DNA of 64,000 bases from Gammaproteobacteria bacterium. GTDB taxonomy: Bacteria; Pseudomonadota; Gammaproteobacteria; G965277405. Location: NCBI GenBank assembly GCA_965277405.1, contig OZ255726.1, positions 192,001-256,000 of the forward strand. The letters run 5' to 3'. Below the pieces are notes generated by a model, which searched no databases, was not told the origin of the DNA, and saw only the letters and a list, made by a program, of their open reading frames with translations. Each line of letters opens with the position of its first letter. The first letter of the stretch is position 1. Positions 31,069 to 42,026 of the stretch are shown in pieces. The translations under genes and the position numbers were made by a program.

Positions 31069-32043
31069 ATGGCCCTTCTTGAAGTTGAAGAACTTGAAAT
31101 TGCCGTTGCTAAATACGGTACTCTGATACTGGTCGTCCGCGGTATTTCGTTCAGCGTCGATGAACACGAGACCCAAGGTATTGTGGGCGAAAGTGGCTGT
31201 GGCAAAAGCCTTACCTCATTAGCGATAATGGGGCTGTTGGATGGCAGTGCAGTTCGTATTACTGGCGGGTCTATTCGCTTTGATGGGATAGATTTGCAAA
31301 GTCTGCTACCCAAGGCGCGCCGCGCCATCATGGGAAATCGGATGGCTATGATCTTTCAAGAACCAATGACTAGCCTCAATCCCGTCTATCGGATTGGCGA
31401 TCAGATCATGGAGAACTTGCGGCAATATCGCCAGATGTCCCGTAGGCAGACCCGTGATCGGGCAGTGGAATTGTTGGATCTGGTGCGCATTCCAGACCCT
31501 GACCTGCGTGTGGATAGCTTTCCACATCAGATGTCAGGCGGGCAGCTGCAGCGAGTAATGATTGCCATGGCATTATCCTGTGATCCACAACTAATTATCG
31601 CAGACGAACCGACGACAGCGCTTGATGTTACAGTTCAAAAAGAAGTTCTGCAGCTAATGGCGGACCTGCAAAAGGCGATGGGGACTGCCATCGTGCTGAT
31701 TTCGCACGACCTTGGGGTTATCGCTGCGACCTGCGACAAAGTAGCAGTTATGTATCTCGGCAAGGTCGTTGAAGCAGCACCGACTCGACAGTTGTTCACC
31801 AATCTGGCCCACCCTTATACCCGCGGGTTGCTCAATTCTATTCCAGTTGTTGATCGAGACATTGAATGGCTTGAGGCGATACCTGGTAGGGTGCCAACCA
31901 TTGATGAAGAAATATCTGGTTGCGCCTTCCATCCACGTTGCCCGCGTGTAAAAAAATGTTGTCGCCAAACTGAACCAGCGCAACAGGTTGTAGGTGTGGA
32001 TCATGTGTCGTACTGCCATTTTGCTGCAGAGATTATATCATGA
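31069..32043 (+). CDS. ABC peptide transporter ATPase (DppD-like)
   Basis: GESGCGKS, MSGGQLQR, GCAFHPRC Cys-rich tail. Confidence 0.92.
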   Translation: MALLEVEELEIAVAKYGTLILVVRGISFSVDEHETQGIVGESGCGKSLTSLAIMGLLDGSAVRITGGSIRFDGIDLQSLLPKARRAIMGNRMAMIFQEPMTSLNPVYRIGDQIMENLRQYRQMSRRQTRDRAVELLDLVRIPDPDLRVDSFPHQMSGGQLQRVMIAMALSCDPQLIIADEPTTALDVTVQKEVLQLMADLQKAMGTAIVLISHDLGVIAATCDKVAVMYLGKVVEAAPTRQLFTNLAHPYTRGLLNSIPVVDRDIEWLEAIPGRVPTIDEEISGCAFHPRCPRVKKCCRQTEPAQQVVGVDHVSYCHFAAEIIS

Positions 32044-32849
32044 ACACTCCATTGTTACGGGTGCAGGACCTTCATACCTATTTCACTACCAAGCAGCCTG
32101 GGCTCTTTGGTAGGTCAGCAGTAATCCGCGCTGTCGACGGCGTCTCGTTTGCAATCCAATCTGGTGAAGTACTCGGCTTGGTCGGCGAATCTGGGTGTGG
32201 CAAGTCCACGGTTGGGCGTACGTTGACGAGGCTTGAGAAATCAACAGCTGGGACTGCTGAATTTGAAGGGCAAGATATTCTGCAAATGTCATTGGGCGCA
32301 TTCCGTCCGCTGCGGCGGGAAATTCAGATGATTTTTCAGGATCCATTTGCATCGCTCAATCCACGGCTAACTATCGCGCAAACATTGGCGGAGCCGCTCT
32401 TCATCCACAAATTGGCGCGCGACCGAGCCTGCGCGCGGGAGATGATCAGCGAGACGCTTGAATTGGTTGGGATGTCGCCGCGTGTTATGTCGCGGTATCC
32501 GCATGAATTTTCTGGTGGTCAAAGGCAGCGCATCGGCATTGCTCGGGCAATGATCCTTAAACCCAAGTTTGTTATTGCAGACGAAGCCGTGTCTGCGCTT
32601 GATGTTTCCATTCAAGCGCAGGTTCTGAATCTAATCAAACAGCTACAACGCGAAAGTGGCATGGCAATGCTGTTTATCAGTCACGATCTTGGAGTGGTAC
32701 GTCATCTTAGCGACCGCATTGCCGTTATGTTTAAAGGTAAAATTGTAGAAATTGGCGATAAACACCAAATTTTTGAGAGACCACAGCACGCCTATACGCG
32801 GACACTCCTTGCTGCGATTCCGCGTATTGTCACGCAGGAGACCATATAA
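32040..32849 (+). CDS. ABC peptide transporter ATPase (DppF-like)
   Basis: GESGCGKS, FSGGQRQR, HDL. Confidence 0.92.
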   Translation: MNTPLLRVQDLHTYFTTKQPGLFGRSAVIRAVDGVSFAIQSGEVLGLVGESGCGKSTVGRTLTRLEKSTAGTAEFEGQDILQMSLGAFRPLRREIQMIFQDPFASLNPRLTIAQTLAEPLFIHKLARDRACAREMISETLELVGMSPRVMSRYPHEFSGGQRQRIGIARAMILKPKFVIADEAVSALDVSIQAQVLNLIKQLQRESGMAMLFISHDLGVVRHLSDRIAVMFKGKIVEIGDKHQIFERPQHAYTRTLLAAIPRIVTQETI

Positions 32850-32854
32850 TTACT

Positions 32855-34318
32855 GTGCCTAGACGCGTATTTATCGGGTCGATTGCGACTGAAACCAATG
32901 TTTTTTCTCCGTTGCGCACTGATCTAACAGATTTCAAGGAGAGTTTTTACGCAGCTCCCGGACAGCATCCGCACACGCCAACTTTGTGTAGCGCCGTGTA
33001 TCCAGTGGCACGGGCGCGGGCGGCTGAACTGAATTGGCAGATTATAGAGGGTACGGCTACTTGGGCGGAACCTGGAGGCATTGTCTCACAGCAAACTTGG
33101 GAATTTTTGCGCGAACAGCTGTTAGCAGAACTGCGCGACTCCATGCCAGTCGATATTGTCTTGCTTGGTCTGCATGGTGCTATGGTTGCCCAACACTGCC
33201 TTGACTGCGAAGGCGTACTCATTCGCGCAGTACGCGAAATAGTTGGTAGTGAAGCGCTTATAGGTGCAACTTTTGACCCGCATAGCAATCTTACTGCTGC
33301 GCGGGTCGATAACGCTGATGTGGTCACGGTATTTAAGGAATTTCCGCATACAGATTTTGTCATTGTCGCAGAAAACCTAGTTGAGCTTATTCATCGCACC
33401 TCCATCGGCGAGATCAAGCCGCGCATTTCCACATTTGATTGCCGGATGATCGAGATGTTGCCGACAAATCGTCAACCGATGCGTGGTTTTGTAGACGAAA
33501 TTATGGACTTGGAAGGGCAGAGCGATGTGTTGTCGATTTCCGTTATCCATGGCTTCATGGCCAGCGATGTCCCTGAGCTTGGTACCAGTATGATCGTTAT
33601 CACCGATGACAATGTTGGCGTTGGCGAAAAGTTGGCGCAACAACTCGGGATGAAATTGTTTGCTATGCGAGGGAAGACGCGTCCTGAATTTTTGACACCA
33701 GCCATGGCGCTTGATCGAGCAGAACAGGCGACTACAGCACCGGTTGTGATCGCTGATGTCTGGGACAATCCTGGCGGCGGGGTACCTGGGGATTCAACCA
33801 TCATTCTCAAAGAGATGATGAGGCGGCGACTTAGCAATGCCGCTCTTGCCTCGATTTGGGACCCAATTGCTGTGCGTACCTGTTTCTCTGCCGGGAAGGA
33901 GTCGACCTTGCGGCTGCGCTTCGGGTCCAAAATGTCCGATAAGGGCGGTGAACCTATCGACGCTGATGTTATTGTGCGCAATATTGTGCCTGATGCAGTC
34001 CAATCGTTTGGTCAAAGTATTGTGCCGTTAGGCAATGCGGTGTGGATTGAAGTGAACGGTGTAGATGTTATTCTTAATTCCGTTCGATCTCAGGTGTTCA
34101 ATCCAGATAATTTTAGTAATCTTGGTATTGATCCTAACGCCAAGGGCATCCTTGTTGTCAAATCAACTAATCACTTTTACGCTGCGTTTTCGCAGATTTC
34201 GTCGGAGATAATCTATGCTGAAGTCAATGGACCATATCCCAACAATCCTGTGACCAATGATTATCGTAATTTAAAGAGGGCCATCTGGCCGCGCGTTGTG
34301 AACCCCCATGAAATCTGA
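32855..34318 (+). CDS. M81-family metallopeptidase (MlrC-like)
   Basis: ETNVFSP, LHGAMVA, DPHSN, FPHTD, DNPGGG, VVKSTNHF. Confidence 0.9.
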   Translation: MPRRVFIGSIATETNVFSPLRTDLTDFKESFYAAPGQHPHTPTLCSAVYPVARARAAELNWQIIEGTATWAEPGGIVSQQTWEFLREQLLAELRDSMPVDIVLLGLHGAMVAQHCLDCEGVLIRAVREIVGSEALIGATFDPHSNLTAARVDNADVVTVFKEFPHTDFVIVAENLVELIHRTSIGEIKPRISTFDCRMIEMLPTNRQPMRGFVDEIMDLEGQSDVLSISVIHGFMASDVPELGTSMIVITDDNVGVGEKLAQQLGMKLFAMRGKTRPEFLTPAMALDRAEQATTAPVVIADVWDNPGGGVPGDSTIILKEMMRRRLSNAALASIWDPIAVRTCFSAGKESTLRLRFGSKMSDKGGEPIDADVIVRNIVPDAVQSFGQSIVPLGNAVWIEVNGVDVILNSVRSQVFNPDNFSNLGIDPNAKGILVVKSTNHFYAAFSQISSEIIYAEVNGPYPNNPVTNDYRNLKRAIWPRVVNPHEI

Positions 34319-35372
34319 CCGAGCCACTATTGAAACCCCAGCCTTTGTCGTTGATGAATCCATCGCTTTGCGCAATATTTCGACCTATCAGGCACATTGC
34401 GATGCTGCTGGTCTAAAACTCAGACCGCATATCAAAACTCACAAGCTGATCCATTTTGCCAAGGCGCAAATGGACGCTGGTGCTACTGGTATTAACTGTC
34501 AGAAAATAGGTGAAGCTGAAGTGATGGCTAAAGGTGGCATTGATGACATTCTCATTACCTTCAATATATTGGGTGACGACAAGCTGCAACGGTTACGCGT
34601 GCTGGCGCAAACTGTATCAAAGCTGGCTGTGACTGCGGATAGTGCCGAGGTGGTATCAAGGCTGAGTGGCGCTTTTACTTGTGCCGATAAACAGCTCAAT
34701 GTGCTGGTGGAATGTGATACAGGCGCTGGGCGCTGTGGTGTGCAAACTCCTCGAGCTGCCGCTGAACTGGCAGTCATTATCGCTAAAGAAGACAGCCTCG
34801 TCTTCGGCGGGTTGATGACCTATCCCGCTGCGTCTGGGGAGAAAGACGTCGTCAGTTTCATGACTATTGCCAAAGAACTGCTCAAAAAAAATGGGATTGA
34901 CTGTCCTGCAGTTTCTTCGGGTGGTTCGCCAGATATGTGGCAGGCAAGCACTGACCGTATCGTAACTGAGTATCGCATCGGCACCTACATTTATAACGAC
35001 AGGTCACTAATCGCGCGCGGTACTTGCAGTATCGATGATTGTGCGGGACGAGTTCTAGCTACGGTTGTCAGCCGTCCGACTCCAAATCGCGCCATCATTG
35101 ACGCAGGCTCAAAGGTGTTAACCTCCGACCTGTTGGGTTTGGACGGTCATGGGCTTATTGTTGGGCATGGTGAATTGCAGATCGCTGGGTTGAGCGAAGA
35201 GCATGGCATTGTGCTGAGTGCTGGAGAAATGCCACTCAACATCGGCGATCGTGTTGAGATAATTCCTAACCATGTTTGCGTTGTGTCGAATATGTTTGAT
35301 GATATCTGGCTGCAAAGTGCTGACGGAGCATTGCAATGCGTACCAGTTGATGCCAGAGGACGGGTCACTTGA
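34308..35372 (+). CDS. PLP enzyme, D-threonine aldolase/D-serine dehydratase (DSD1) family
   Basis: RPHIKTHK, GRCGV, DAGSKVL, SEEHG, PNHVC. Confidence 0.9.
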   Translation: MKSDRATIETPAFVVDESIALRNISTYQAHCDAAGLKLRPHIKTHKLIHFAKAQMDAGATGINCQKIGEAEVMAKGGIDDILITFNILGDDKLQRLRVLAQTVSKLAVTADSAEVVSRLSGAFTCADKQLNVLVECDTGAGRCGVQTPRAAAELAVIIAKEDSLVFGGLMTYPAASGEKDVVSFMTIAKELLKKNGIDCPAVSSGGSPDMWQASTDRIVTEYRIGTYIYNDRSLIARGTCSIDDCAGRVLATVVSRPTPNRAIIDAGSKVLTSDLLGLDGHGLIVGHGELQIAGLSEEHGIVLSAGEMPLNIGDRVEIIPNHVCVVSNMFDDIWLQSADGALQCVPVDARGRVT

Positions 35373-35610
35373 TTGGTTGTGACTTTGTTTGCATCAGTAT
35401 ATTTCAGGTGTGAAGGCTAAATACTTGTGGGGCGGGTAGCTATCATACTATCGATTTGGTTTTGCACATTAACACCATGTCGTGGCAATAATACCAAACA
35501 TGCAGATGCCACAAATTCCGAGTTAATCTAGCGGTTCGGTAGGTTTAGTAGCCGCCTATGGGTTGCAATGAGCTTGACGTCGATAGTCTGATGATTTGTT
35601 ACCAAAGACT

Positions 35611-36489
35611 TTAATCTCCAACTGGTTTGGGGCTAGTGTCTCCTGAGAGTGGGAGCAGGGAGGTACGGATGCGGCGCAGGTTTTCCTTAAATACTTCTGG
35701 GCGTTTATGTGCTGTGCCGGTGGCCAATACGTCAATGATTGCAAGAAAGACAAACCGCGATGCTGATGGTTTGTAAATATCAGGGTTCTCGGTTAAATCA
35801 ATTTGGATCGAAAGGTCAGTTTGTATGCTGAGTTCTGATCCTGCTTTGGTCAGGCTTATCGTGCGCGCGCCATATTGTCGGGCGATCGCGACGCTATCGA
35901 GCAGCTCCGCAGGTTGACCAGTAGCTGAAATTGCAAAGACTAGATCACCTACAGTTAAGGTCGATGCTAACATGCGTTGCAAATATCCATCTACATGAGA
36001 TTCTGACGGTATTCCGAGCCGAAAAAAACGGTTGGCCGCCTCGCGGGCTACATTGGTCGATCCGCCTCCAACTCCCATAAAAGCAATGCGGTTGGCTGCG
36101 TTAAGCCATGTTGTTGCCTTTTCAATGGGCTGATCCTTAAGCTGGTTACGTGCCAAGGTGAGTGAGTCGAACAATACCGCAAACACTTGATTAACCAGAT
36201 GTCCGGCTTCTGAGGTGTTAGTGTGGTCGCTTTCTAAATATTGCTGGCTGATCGCAACGCTCTGGGCGAGTCGGATTTTAAAGTCTCGAAAGCCGACGCA
36301 ACCAGCAGAAATACTGAACCGGTTGACGGTTGCAACAGATACACCAGCGCCTTGAGCGATATCGTACTGGGACAAAAATGTAGTTTTGTTGATATTTGCC
36401 AACATGAAATCAGCAACGATCTGTTCGCTTTTTGGCAGTTTACCACGCAGCGCCCGCATGCGCGCAATCAGATCGATGACTTGCGTCAT
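35611..36489 (-). CDS. RpiR/MurR-family transcriptional regulator
   Basis: HTH (VSVATVNRF...GFRDFK) plus SIS domain. Confidence 0.9.
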   Translation of the reverse strand: MTQVIDLIARMRALRGKLPKSEQIVADFMLANINKTTFLSQYDIAQGAGVSVATVNRFSISAGCVGFRDFKIRLAQSVAISQQYLESDHTNTSEAGHLVNQVFAVLFDSLTLARNQLKDQPIEKATTWLNAANRIAFMGVGGGSTNVAREAANRFFRLGIPSESHVDGYLQRMLASTLTVGDLVFAISATGQPAELLDSVAIARQYGARTISLTKAGSELSIQTDLSIQIDLTENPDIYKPSASRFVFLAIIDVLATGTAHKRPEVFKENLRRIRTSLLPLSGDTSPKPVGD

Positions 36490-36506
36490 GCTTGCCTCCG
36501 CAAGAC

Positions 36507-36905
36507 TTATAATGGTTGATAGGCAATGGCGTCCATTTCAATCTTGGCGTCGACCATCAATGCCGCATGAACTGTGGACCGTGCGGGTGGATTATCTCTG
36601 AAGTGTTTGTCGAAAACATGATTGAAGCTGCTGAAGTCGCGCGCATCATCAAGCCAGACATTGACTTTTATCACATGCTCAAGCCCGCAATCTGCAAGTT
36701 GGAGAACAGCAATCAAATTGGCGATAACGGCCTGCGTTTGGATGATGATATTGCCTGTCACGATCTCTCCGTCTACGGTCGGAACCTGACCCGAGACATA
36801 GATGAAGTCGCCAGCGCGAACAGCTTTAGCAAAAGGACGCCTTTGACCACCAGCGGCCAAATCGGCGCTTGCAAAACGTTGAATTTTTTGAGATTGTTCA
36901 GACAT
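36507..36905 (-). CDS. RidA/YjgF family imine deaminase
   Basis: YVSGQ, PPARSTV, KIEMDAIA. Confidence 0.92.
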   Translation of the reverse strand: MSEQSQKIQRFASADLAAGGQRRPFAKAVRAGDFIYVSGQVPTVDGEIVTGNIIIQTQAVIANLIAVLQLADCGLEHVIKVNVWLDDARDFSSFNHVFDKHFRDNPPARSTVHAALMVDAKIEMDAIAYQPL

Positions 36906-37085
36906 TTTCTACCTCTAAATTATAAATAACTTGCATTTAATCTCGTATGAGTACAGAACTTTAGTAAATCATATTTACCAATGTGGCTGTTCGAGATAAC
37001 TATTTTTAGCAACCGTTGATCTAGTCAACAATACCCAGCAAAATATTTTATTCATCATTGTTGAATTTTTATTGCCGTGTATTAG

Positions 37086-37380
37086 GGAAGCTCTGATTAA
37101 GTCCATGATGGGCGAGACGGAGAAAAAACGCTGATGATAACTAGGCGCAGTGCGCAGATAATACTGGTGGTCTTGTGGGTGTTGCCAAGTGCTGCAACGA
37201 CGTTAGCACAGCGTTTTTTCCCGGCCTTCTATTGAATATATGATGGTTTGCCTACAAGCGGTACTTGCTGTGTTGCATCCCTTGGCGTATATGCTACGGC
37301 ATGCGCTTAGCGGTTTGCGCCTTGCAATCATCAGCAATTGCAGACAAACTCGCTCCATCAGCGACTTAATCAGAGCTTCC
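37086..37380 (+). mobile_element. IS5-type MITE, reference copy (295 bp)
   Basis: Perfect 18-bp TIR GGAAGCTCTGATTAAGTC/GACTTAATCAGAGCTTCC; TTAG target duplication on both sides. Confidence 0.95.
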
Positions 37381-37388
37381 TTAGCACG

Positions 37389-37410
37389 TGTTCACATAAT
37401 GTTCATATAT
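37389..37410 (+). promoter_or_regulatory. Putative Pho box
   Basis: 11-bp-periodic direct repeat TGTTCACATAA/TGTTCATATAT upstream of pstS. Confidence 0.5.
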
Positions 37411-37461
37411 TAAGACATTAAATATTGACAATGAAAATATTGATAACCTTTGGAGTAAATA

Positions 37462-38430
37462 ATGATGAAAATGATAAAAATGTTTTCGATGCTGATGCTG
37501 GCACTTGGAGTAAGTGCGAGCGTGGCTGCGTCACAGCTAGACCCTAATTTGCCAGTCTATGAAAAAATTAGCGGCGTATCTGGAAAACTCACCAGTGTTG
37601 GTTCAGACACGTTAGCTAACTTAATGACACTATGGGCAGAAGAGTACAAAAAACTGTATCCAAGTGTCAGTATTCAAATTCAAGCTGCAGGCTCATCTAC
37701 TGCGCCTCCTGCATTGACAGAAAGCACCTCAAACTTCGGTCCAATGAGTCGGAAAATGAAAAGCACAGAGCTCGTCGCTTTTGAAAAAAAACACGGGTAT
37801 AAGCCAGTAGCAATCCCCGTCGCGATTGATGCGATAGCCGTATATGTCCACAAAGATAACCCAATCAAGTCGATGACCTTACCTCAAGTCGATGCGGTGT
37901 TCTCATCAACGCGAAAATGCGGTCATTCGGCAAACATTAACACGTGGGGACAGCTTGGGTTGACTGGATTTTGGACAAAAAAAGGCGTGCAGGTGTATGG
38001 ACGTAACTCGGTTTCTGGAACATACGGATATTTCAAAAAAGTTGCTTTATGCAAAGGTGACTACAAGAAAACCGTGAATGAGCAACCTGGTTCAGCAGCA
38101 GTAGTGCAATCAGTTTCTGTTTCGCTGGATGGGATTGGCTATTCAGGAATTGGCTACCGCACCGCGAGCGTGCGCACAGTGCCAATTGCAAAAAAAACAG
38201 GTGGCATAGCATACAATGCCTCACCTGAAAATGCCTTGTCTGGTCAATATCCTATTTCTAGATTTTTATATATCTATGTCAACAAAAAGCCAAACAGTGA
38301 ATTGCCACCGCTTGAAAAGCAATTTATGAAAATGGTTTTGAGTAAAGTTGGTCAAGAAGTCGTTGTCAAAGACGGATACGTACCACTCACCAGCCCAATG
38401 TCTAAAAAATTCATGAAATTGTTAGACTAA
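37462..38430 (+). CDS. pstS: Phosphate ABC transporter substrate-binding protein
   Basis: [29 protein letters not shown]; signal peptide. Confidence 0.92.
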   Translation: MMKMIKMFSMLMLALGVSASVAASQLDPNLPVYEKISGVSGKLTSVGSDTLANLMTLWAEEYKKLYPSVSIQIQAAGSSTAPPALTESTSNFGPMSRKMKSTELVAFEKKHGYKPVAIPVAIDAIAVYVHKDNPIKSMTLPQVDAVFSSTRKCGHSANINTWGQLGLTGFWTKKGVQVYGRNSVSGTYGYFKKVALCKGDYKKTVNEQPGSAAVVQSVSVSLDGIGYSGIGYRTASVRTVPIAKKTGGIAYNASPENALSGQYPISRFLYIYVNKKPNSELPPLEKQFMKMVLSKVGQEVVVKDGYVPLTSPMSKKFMKLLD

Positions 38431-38442
38431 TACTTACCAAAT

Positions 38443-38476
38443 AACAAAACAGGCGGCTTTAGCCGCCTGTTTTGTT
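38443..38476 (+). terminator. Rho-independent terminator of pstS
   Basis: AACAAAACAGGCGGCT-TT-AGCCGCCTGTTTTGTT. Confidence 0.88.
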
Positions 38477-38712
38477 TGTTGCTATTTAAATTTACAAATT
38501 GTTGTTGCCGTTATCAAGAGCATATGCAACCCGCGGATTTCCAATCAATGACGCGATACATCAAATTTTGCGACCAGTGCGCGCAGCTGGCGGTCACTCA
38601 ACCAATGCGAGATCACTATGCCAAAGGCATATACCCGCCTGACCGCAGCACCACGATACTAGCTTTATGCAAGCGTGACAAATAAACCTTCAGGTCGCGC
38701 TAGTTGCTCTGA

Positions 38713-38990
38713 GGAAGCGCTGATTAAGTCGCTCATAGAGCAAGTTTGATGGCAATTGCTGATGATTTGAAGGCGCAAACCGCTGCGCACATGCCGCAGC
38801 ATATACGCCAAGGGATGCAACACAGCAAGGTCAGCAATTGCCGCAAACCGAAAGTATATACACAACACAATGACGGGAAAAAAGCGGTACTAAGTCGTTG
38901 CAGCACTGGCAATACCCACAAGACCCACCAGTGTTAGCTGCGCTGCGTCTAGTTATCATCAGCGTTTCTCTCCGTCTCGCCCGTCATGGA
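38713..38990 (-). mobile_element. IS5-type MITE copy, one TIR truncated
   Basis: GGAAGCGCTGATTAAGTC...CTCGCCCGTCATGGA. Confidence 0.88.
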
Positions 38991-39022
38991 ATTACCTTGA
39001 AGGCAATGTATACAGTTGCATT

Positions 39023-40168
39023 TTATAGCAAAGACTGCTTCCAGTTAGCGGCAATATATGTGGCGGTGCAATACAGATTTTCTGGTCCTTGTTTGAGTGC
39101 GGTTGCCAGCGGTTGTCCGCTGGGCGTTATTTGATATATCTTGGCAAAATAACTGTGTTGGCTTGGGTCTGTTAGCACGTCACCGCCCGCGCCAATGCTG
39201 CCTGTTACACCAATCACTGGCACGTTGTATTGCTGCGCGCATTGCAATACACCCCAAGGTACTTTGCCATTACAGGTTTGCAAATCCATGCGCCCTTCAC
39301 CAGTAATCACCAGATCAGCAGTCTGAATAGCTTGTTCTAACTGTGTCGCTGCAATCACTTGCGCAACACCAGAGCGCATATCCGCCTGTAAAAATGTACA
39401 TAGCGCATAGCCCAAACCACCTGCTGCCCCAGCTCCTGGGGTATGACGATGGTCGTCAAAACCATGTGCGGCAACGACAACACTAAATTGTGACAGTGCG
39501 GCGTCTAGCTGGTTCACCGCCGCCTGATCTGCTCCTTTTTGTGGCCCATATACTGCACTTGCGCCCAACTCACCCAACAATGGGTTGGTAACATCACATA
39601 TCACTGTGATTGAGCAGTTGTTGAACGTTGCCTTGGCTCCAGCGCTTTCAATGCGTTGCAAATTCGCTAATGCTGCACCGCCAAAGGCTAGTTCTATGTT
39701 ATTGGCATCAAGCAAACGAAACCCTAGCGCTTGCAACATGCCGGCGCCACCATCATTGGTTGCGCTGCCGCCAACCCCAAGCAGGATGTGTTCTACATTG
39801 TGCGCAAATGCATCCAACAATAATTCACCGACTCCATAACTTGTGCTAGCAAGCGGATTCCTTTGTGGCGGGTCAACCAGATGGATACCTGCCGCTTCAG
39901 CCGTTTCAATGACGGCTGTAGCATTATCAACAATGCAATACCGCGCAGCTACGGGCTCGCCCAAAGGGCCGGTGACATCGAGACACATTTCACGGCTGGT
40001 TGATGTTTCTTGCAATGCGTCAATAAGACCTTCGCCACCATCAGACATTGGTACGAGCACATATTCAGCTTGTGGAAAATGCTCAAGAAAACCTTTTCTA
40101 ATACCGTGTGCGACCTGTTTGGCCGTCATGCTTTCTTTAAAAGAATCAGGAGCAATGACTATTTTCAC
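39023..40168 (-). CDS. Glycerate kinase (GlxK/GarK family)
   Basis: APDSFKES, DGGEG, GGSATNDGG, GAAGG, ITGEG. Confidence 0.93.
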   Translation of the reverse strand: MKIVIAPDSFKESMTAKQVAHGIRKGFLEHFPQAEYVLVPMSDGGEGLIDALQETSTSREMCLDVTGPLGEPVAARYCIVDNATAVIETAEAAGIHLVDPPQRNPLASTSYGVGELLLDAFAHNVEHILLGVGGSATNDGGAGMLQALGFRLLDANNIELAFGGAALANLQRIESAGAKATFNNCSITVICDVTNPLLGELGASAVYGPQKGADQAAVNQLDAALSQFSVVVAAHGFDDHRHTPGAGAAGGLGYALCTFLQADMRSGVAQVIAATQLEQAIQTADLVITGEGRMDLQTCNGKVPWGVLQCAQQYNVPVIGVTGSIGAGGDVLTDPSQHSYFAKIYQITPSGQPLATALKQGPENLYCTATYIAANWKQSLL

Positions 40169-40347
40169 AGCGATCTCTTCCCACCCACGTCAAGTTATAG
40201 TCGAACATATTTTCAATCCGCTCAGGTGAGGATGCCTCAATACAATGCGCAACAATCCGCAAAAACTGTGACCATCTGCAACTTGCCAGCCAGTTATGCC
40301 GAACCACCCAGTTGAAACACACAAAAATAGAGATGTCATAAATACAA

Positions 40348-40518
40348 GGAAGCTCTGATTAAGTCCATGTTGGGCGAGACGGATAACAACGCTGATCAAA
40401 CTTAAGCGCAGTGCGCAGATAATACTGGTGGTCTTGTGGGTGTTGCCAAGTGCTGCGCCTTGCAATCATCAGCAATTGCCATCAAACTCGCTCCATCAGC
40501 GACTTAATCAGAGTTTCC
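40348..40518 (+). mobile_element. IS5-type MITE, internally deleted copy (171 bp)
   Basis: Both TIRs present; middle lost at GTGCTGC/GCCTTGC junction. Confidence 0.9.
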
Positions 40519-40546
40519 TTAGTATATATTGACGGGTAATAGCTAG

Positions 40547-41542
40547 TTACGCCTGACAATCAACACGCAGTGGTTGGGTGACTTGGCGTTGTTTCAGCAG
40601 TTCATGGGCTTGGGCAACATCGCTTAAAGCAAGTGTTTTGGGCGCTGGTAATGTAATAGCGCCTTGTTCAAGCAATGTTAAAAAGCGTGGTCCATATTGT
40701 TGAATTGCAGCGCTATCAGGATAGTAATGCTGCAACGATGGCCTTGTTAAAAACAACCCCCCTTTGCTCCCTAGCTCCAATGGGCTGATTGGCGGTACTG
40801 GTCCTGATGCATTCCCAAACGATACCATCACCCCCCGTGTAGCTAAGCAATCTAAAGACTGCTCAAATGTTGTTAAGCCGACTGAGTCATACACAACATC
40901 AACACCGCGACCATGGGTAAAATCTCGCACCTGCTGCACAAAATCACCTTGATCATAGCCAATAATTGCATCAACTCCAAACTGCTCAACGATATGCTTT
41001 TTTGCAGTGCTGCATGTGGCAATCACCGTTGCATGGCATACTTTTTTGAGCCATTGACAGGCAATTTGCCCAAGTATTCCTGCAGCGGCGTGGAGTAACA
41101 CCACTTGGTGTTGTTGTACTGGAAAGAGTCGCTCGGTTAAATACTCAACAGTCAGACCGCGTAACAGCGTTCCAGCAATTGGCAGGTCTACAAGGCTGTC
41201 TGGCACCACTATCAATTGACCCGCATCAAGTATGCGATGACTCGCATATGCACCAAGCGGTCCCACGGCATAGGCGACCTGATCGCCATTTTGAATAGTA
41301 GTGACGGCAGCACCGCACTCCATGGCAATTCCTTGCGCTTCTAACCCAAGCGTTGTTGGCAATGGCAATGGATACAGCCCTTGCTGTTGGTAAATATCGA
41401 TAAAGTTTACCCCAGCATATTGTTGTTTAATCAATACTTCAGTCGGCTGAATTGGAGTTAATTCAGCACTTGTTTTAGTAAAATCACCACCTGCTGCGCT
41501 TAAACTCATTTGTACTGCGGTTATATTCATCATCAATGCCAT
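40547..41542 (-). CDS. qor: NADPH:quinone oxidoreductase (zeta-crystallin family)
   Basis: GVNFID, HAAAG, VVYDSVG, SFGNASG, FLTRPSL. Confidence 0.88.
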   Translation of the reverse strand: MALMMNITAVQMSLSAAGGDFTKTSAELTPIQPTEVLIKQQYAGVNFIDIYQQQGLYPLPLPTTLGLEAQGIAMECGAAVTTIQNGDQVAYAVGPLGAYASHRILDAGQLIVVPDSLVDLPIAGTLLRGLTVEYLTERLFPVQQHQVVLLHAAAGILGQIACQWLKKVCHATVIATCSTAKKHIVEQFGVDAIIGYDQGDFVQQVRDFTHGRGVDVVYDSVGLTTFEQSLDCLATRGVMVSFGNASGPVPPISPLELGSKGGLFLTRPSLQHYYPDSAAIQQYGPRFLTLLEQGAITLPAPKTLALSDVAQAHELLKQRQVTQPLRVDCQA

Positions 41543-41981
41543 TGATACAGAAAAATATTGAGCGTAGCATAGTTATGGGCGTCACTTTGATGACATATCC
41601 TGATTACTGCCAAAAAAACTATAGCCATGTATGCACAAAATATTTTACTTATTGTGGTTACACAAACAATTTTAGACAGTTGTTTATTTCATTATACAAA
41701 ACAAAAATTATGAACCTAGCTTGAATATTTTTTGTTATTTGGATTACAACGCAGCAACTTATTGGTTTTGAAACCGCGTTTATACTTGAAAGTTATCAAC
41801 ACCAAAAACAGATTTATTCAAATAGATTTTCCGAACTTCAACAAATTACCCTTCAGAGTATGCTTGCGACCGCGTTCACTATAACTATCTGATATATCAT
41901 TACTTTATAAGGAAAGATATTTACTGGTCAGAATGTGTTCATTCGCACAAATTCCTTATTGCTGTGCGTGTTCCACGGCTG

Positions 41982-42026
41982 TTACCCAAAACTATCCACA
42001 GAGTTACCCACAGCTGCAGTGGATAA
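41982..42026. promoter_or_regulatory. DnaA-box cluster (DARS-like or oriC-like)
   Basis: TTACCCAAA, CTATCCACA-3bp-TTACCCACA-5bp-AGTGGATAA inside a ~1.2 kb intergenic gap. Confidence 0.7.
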
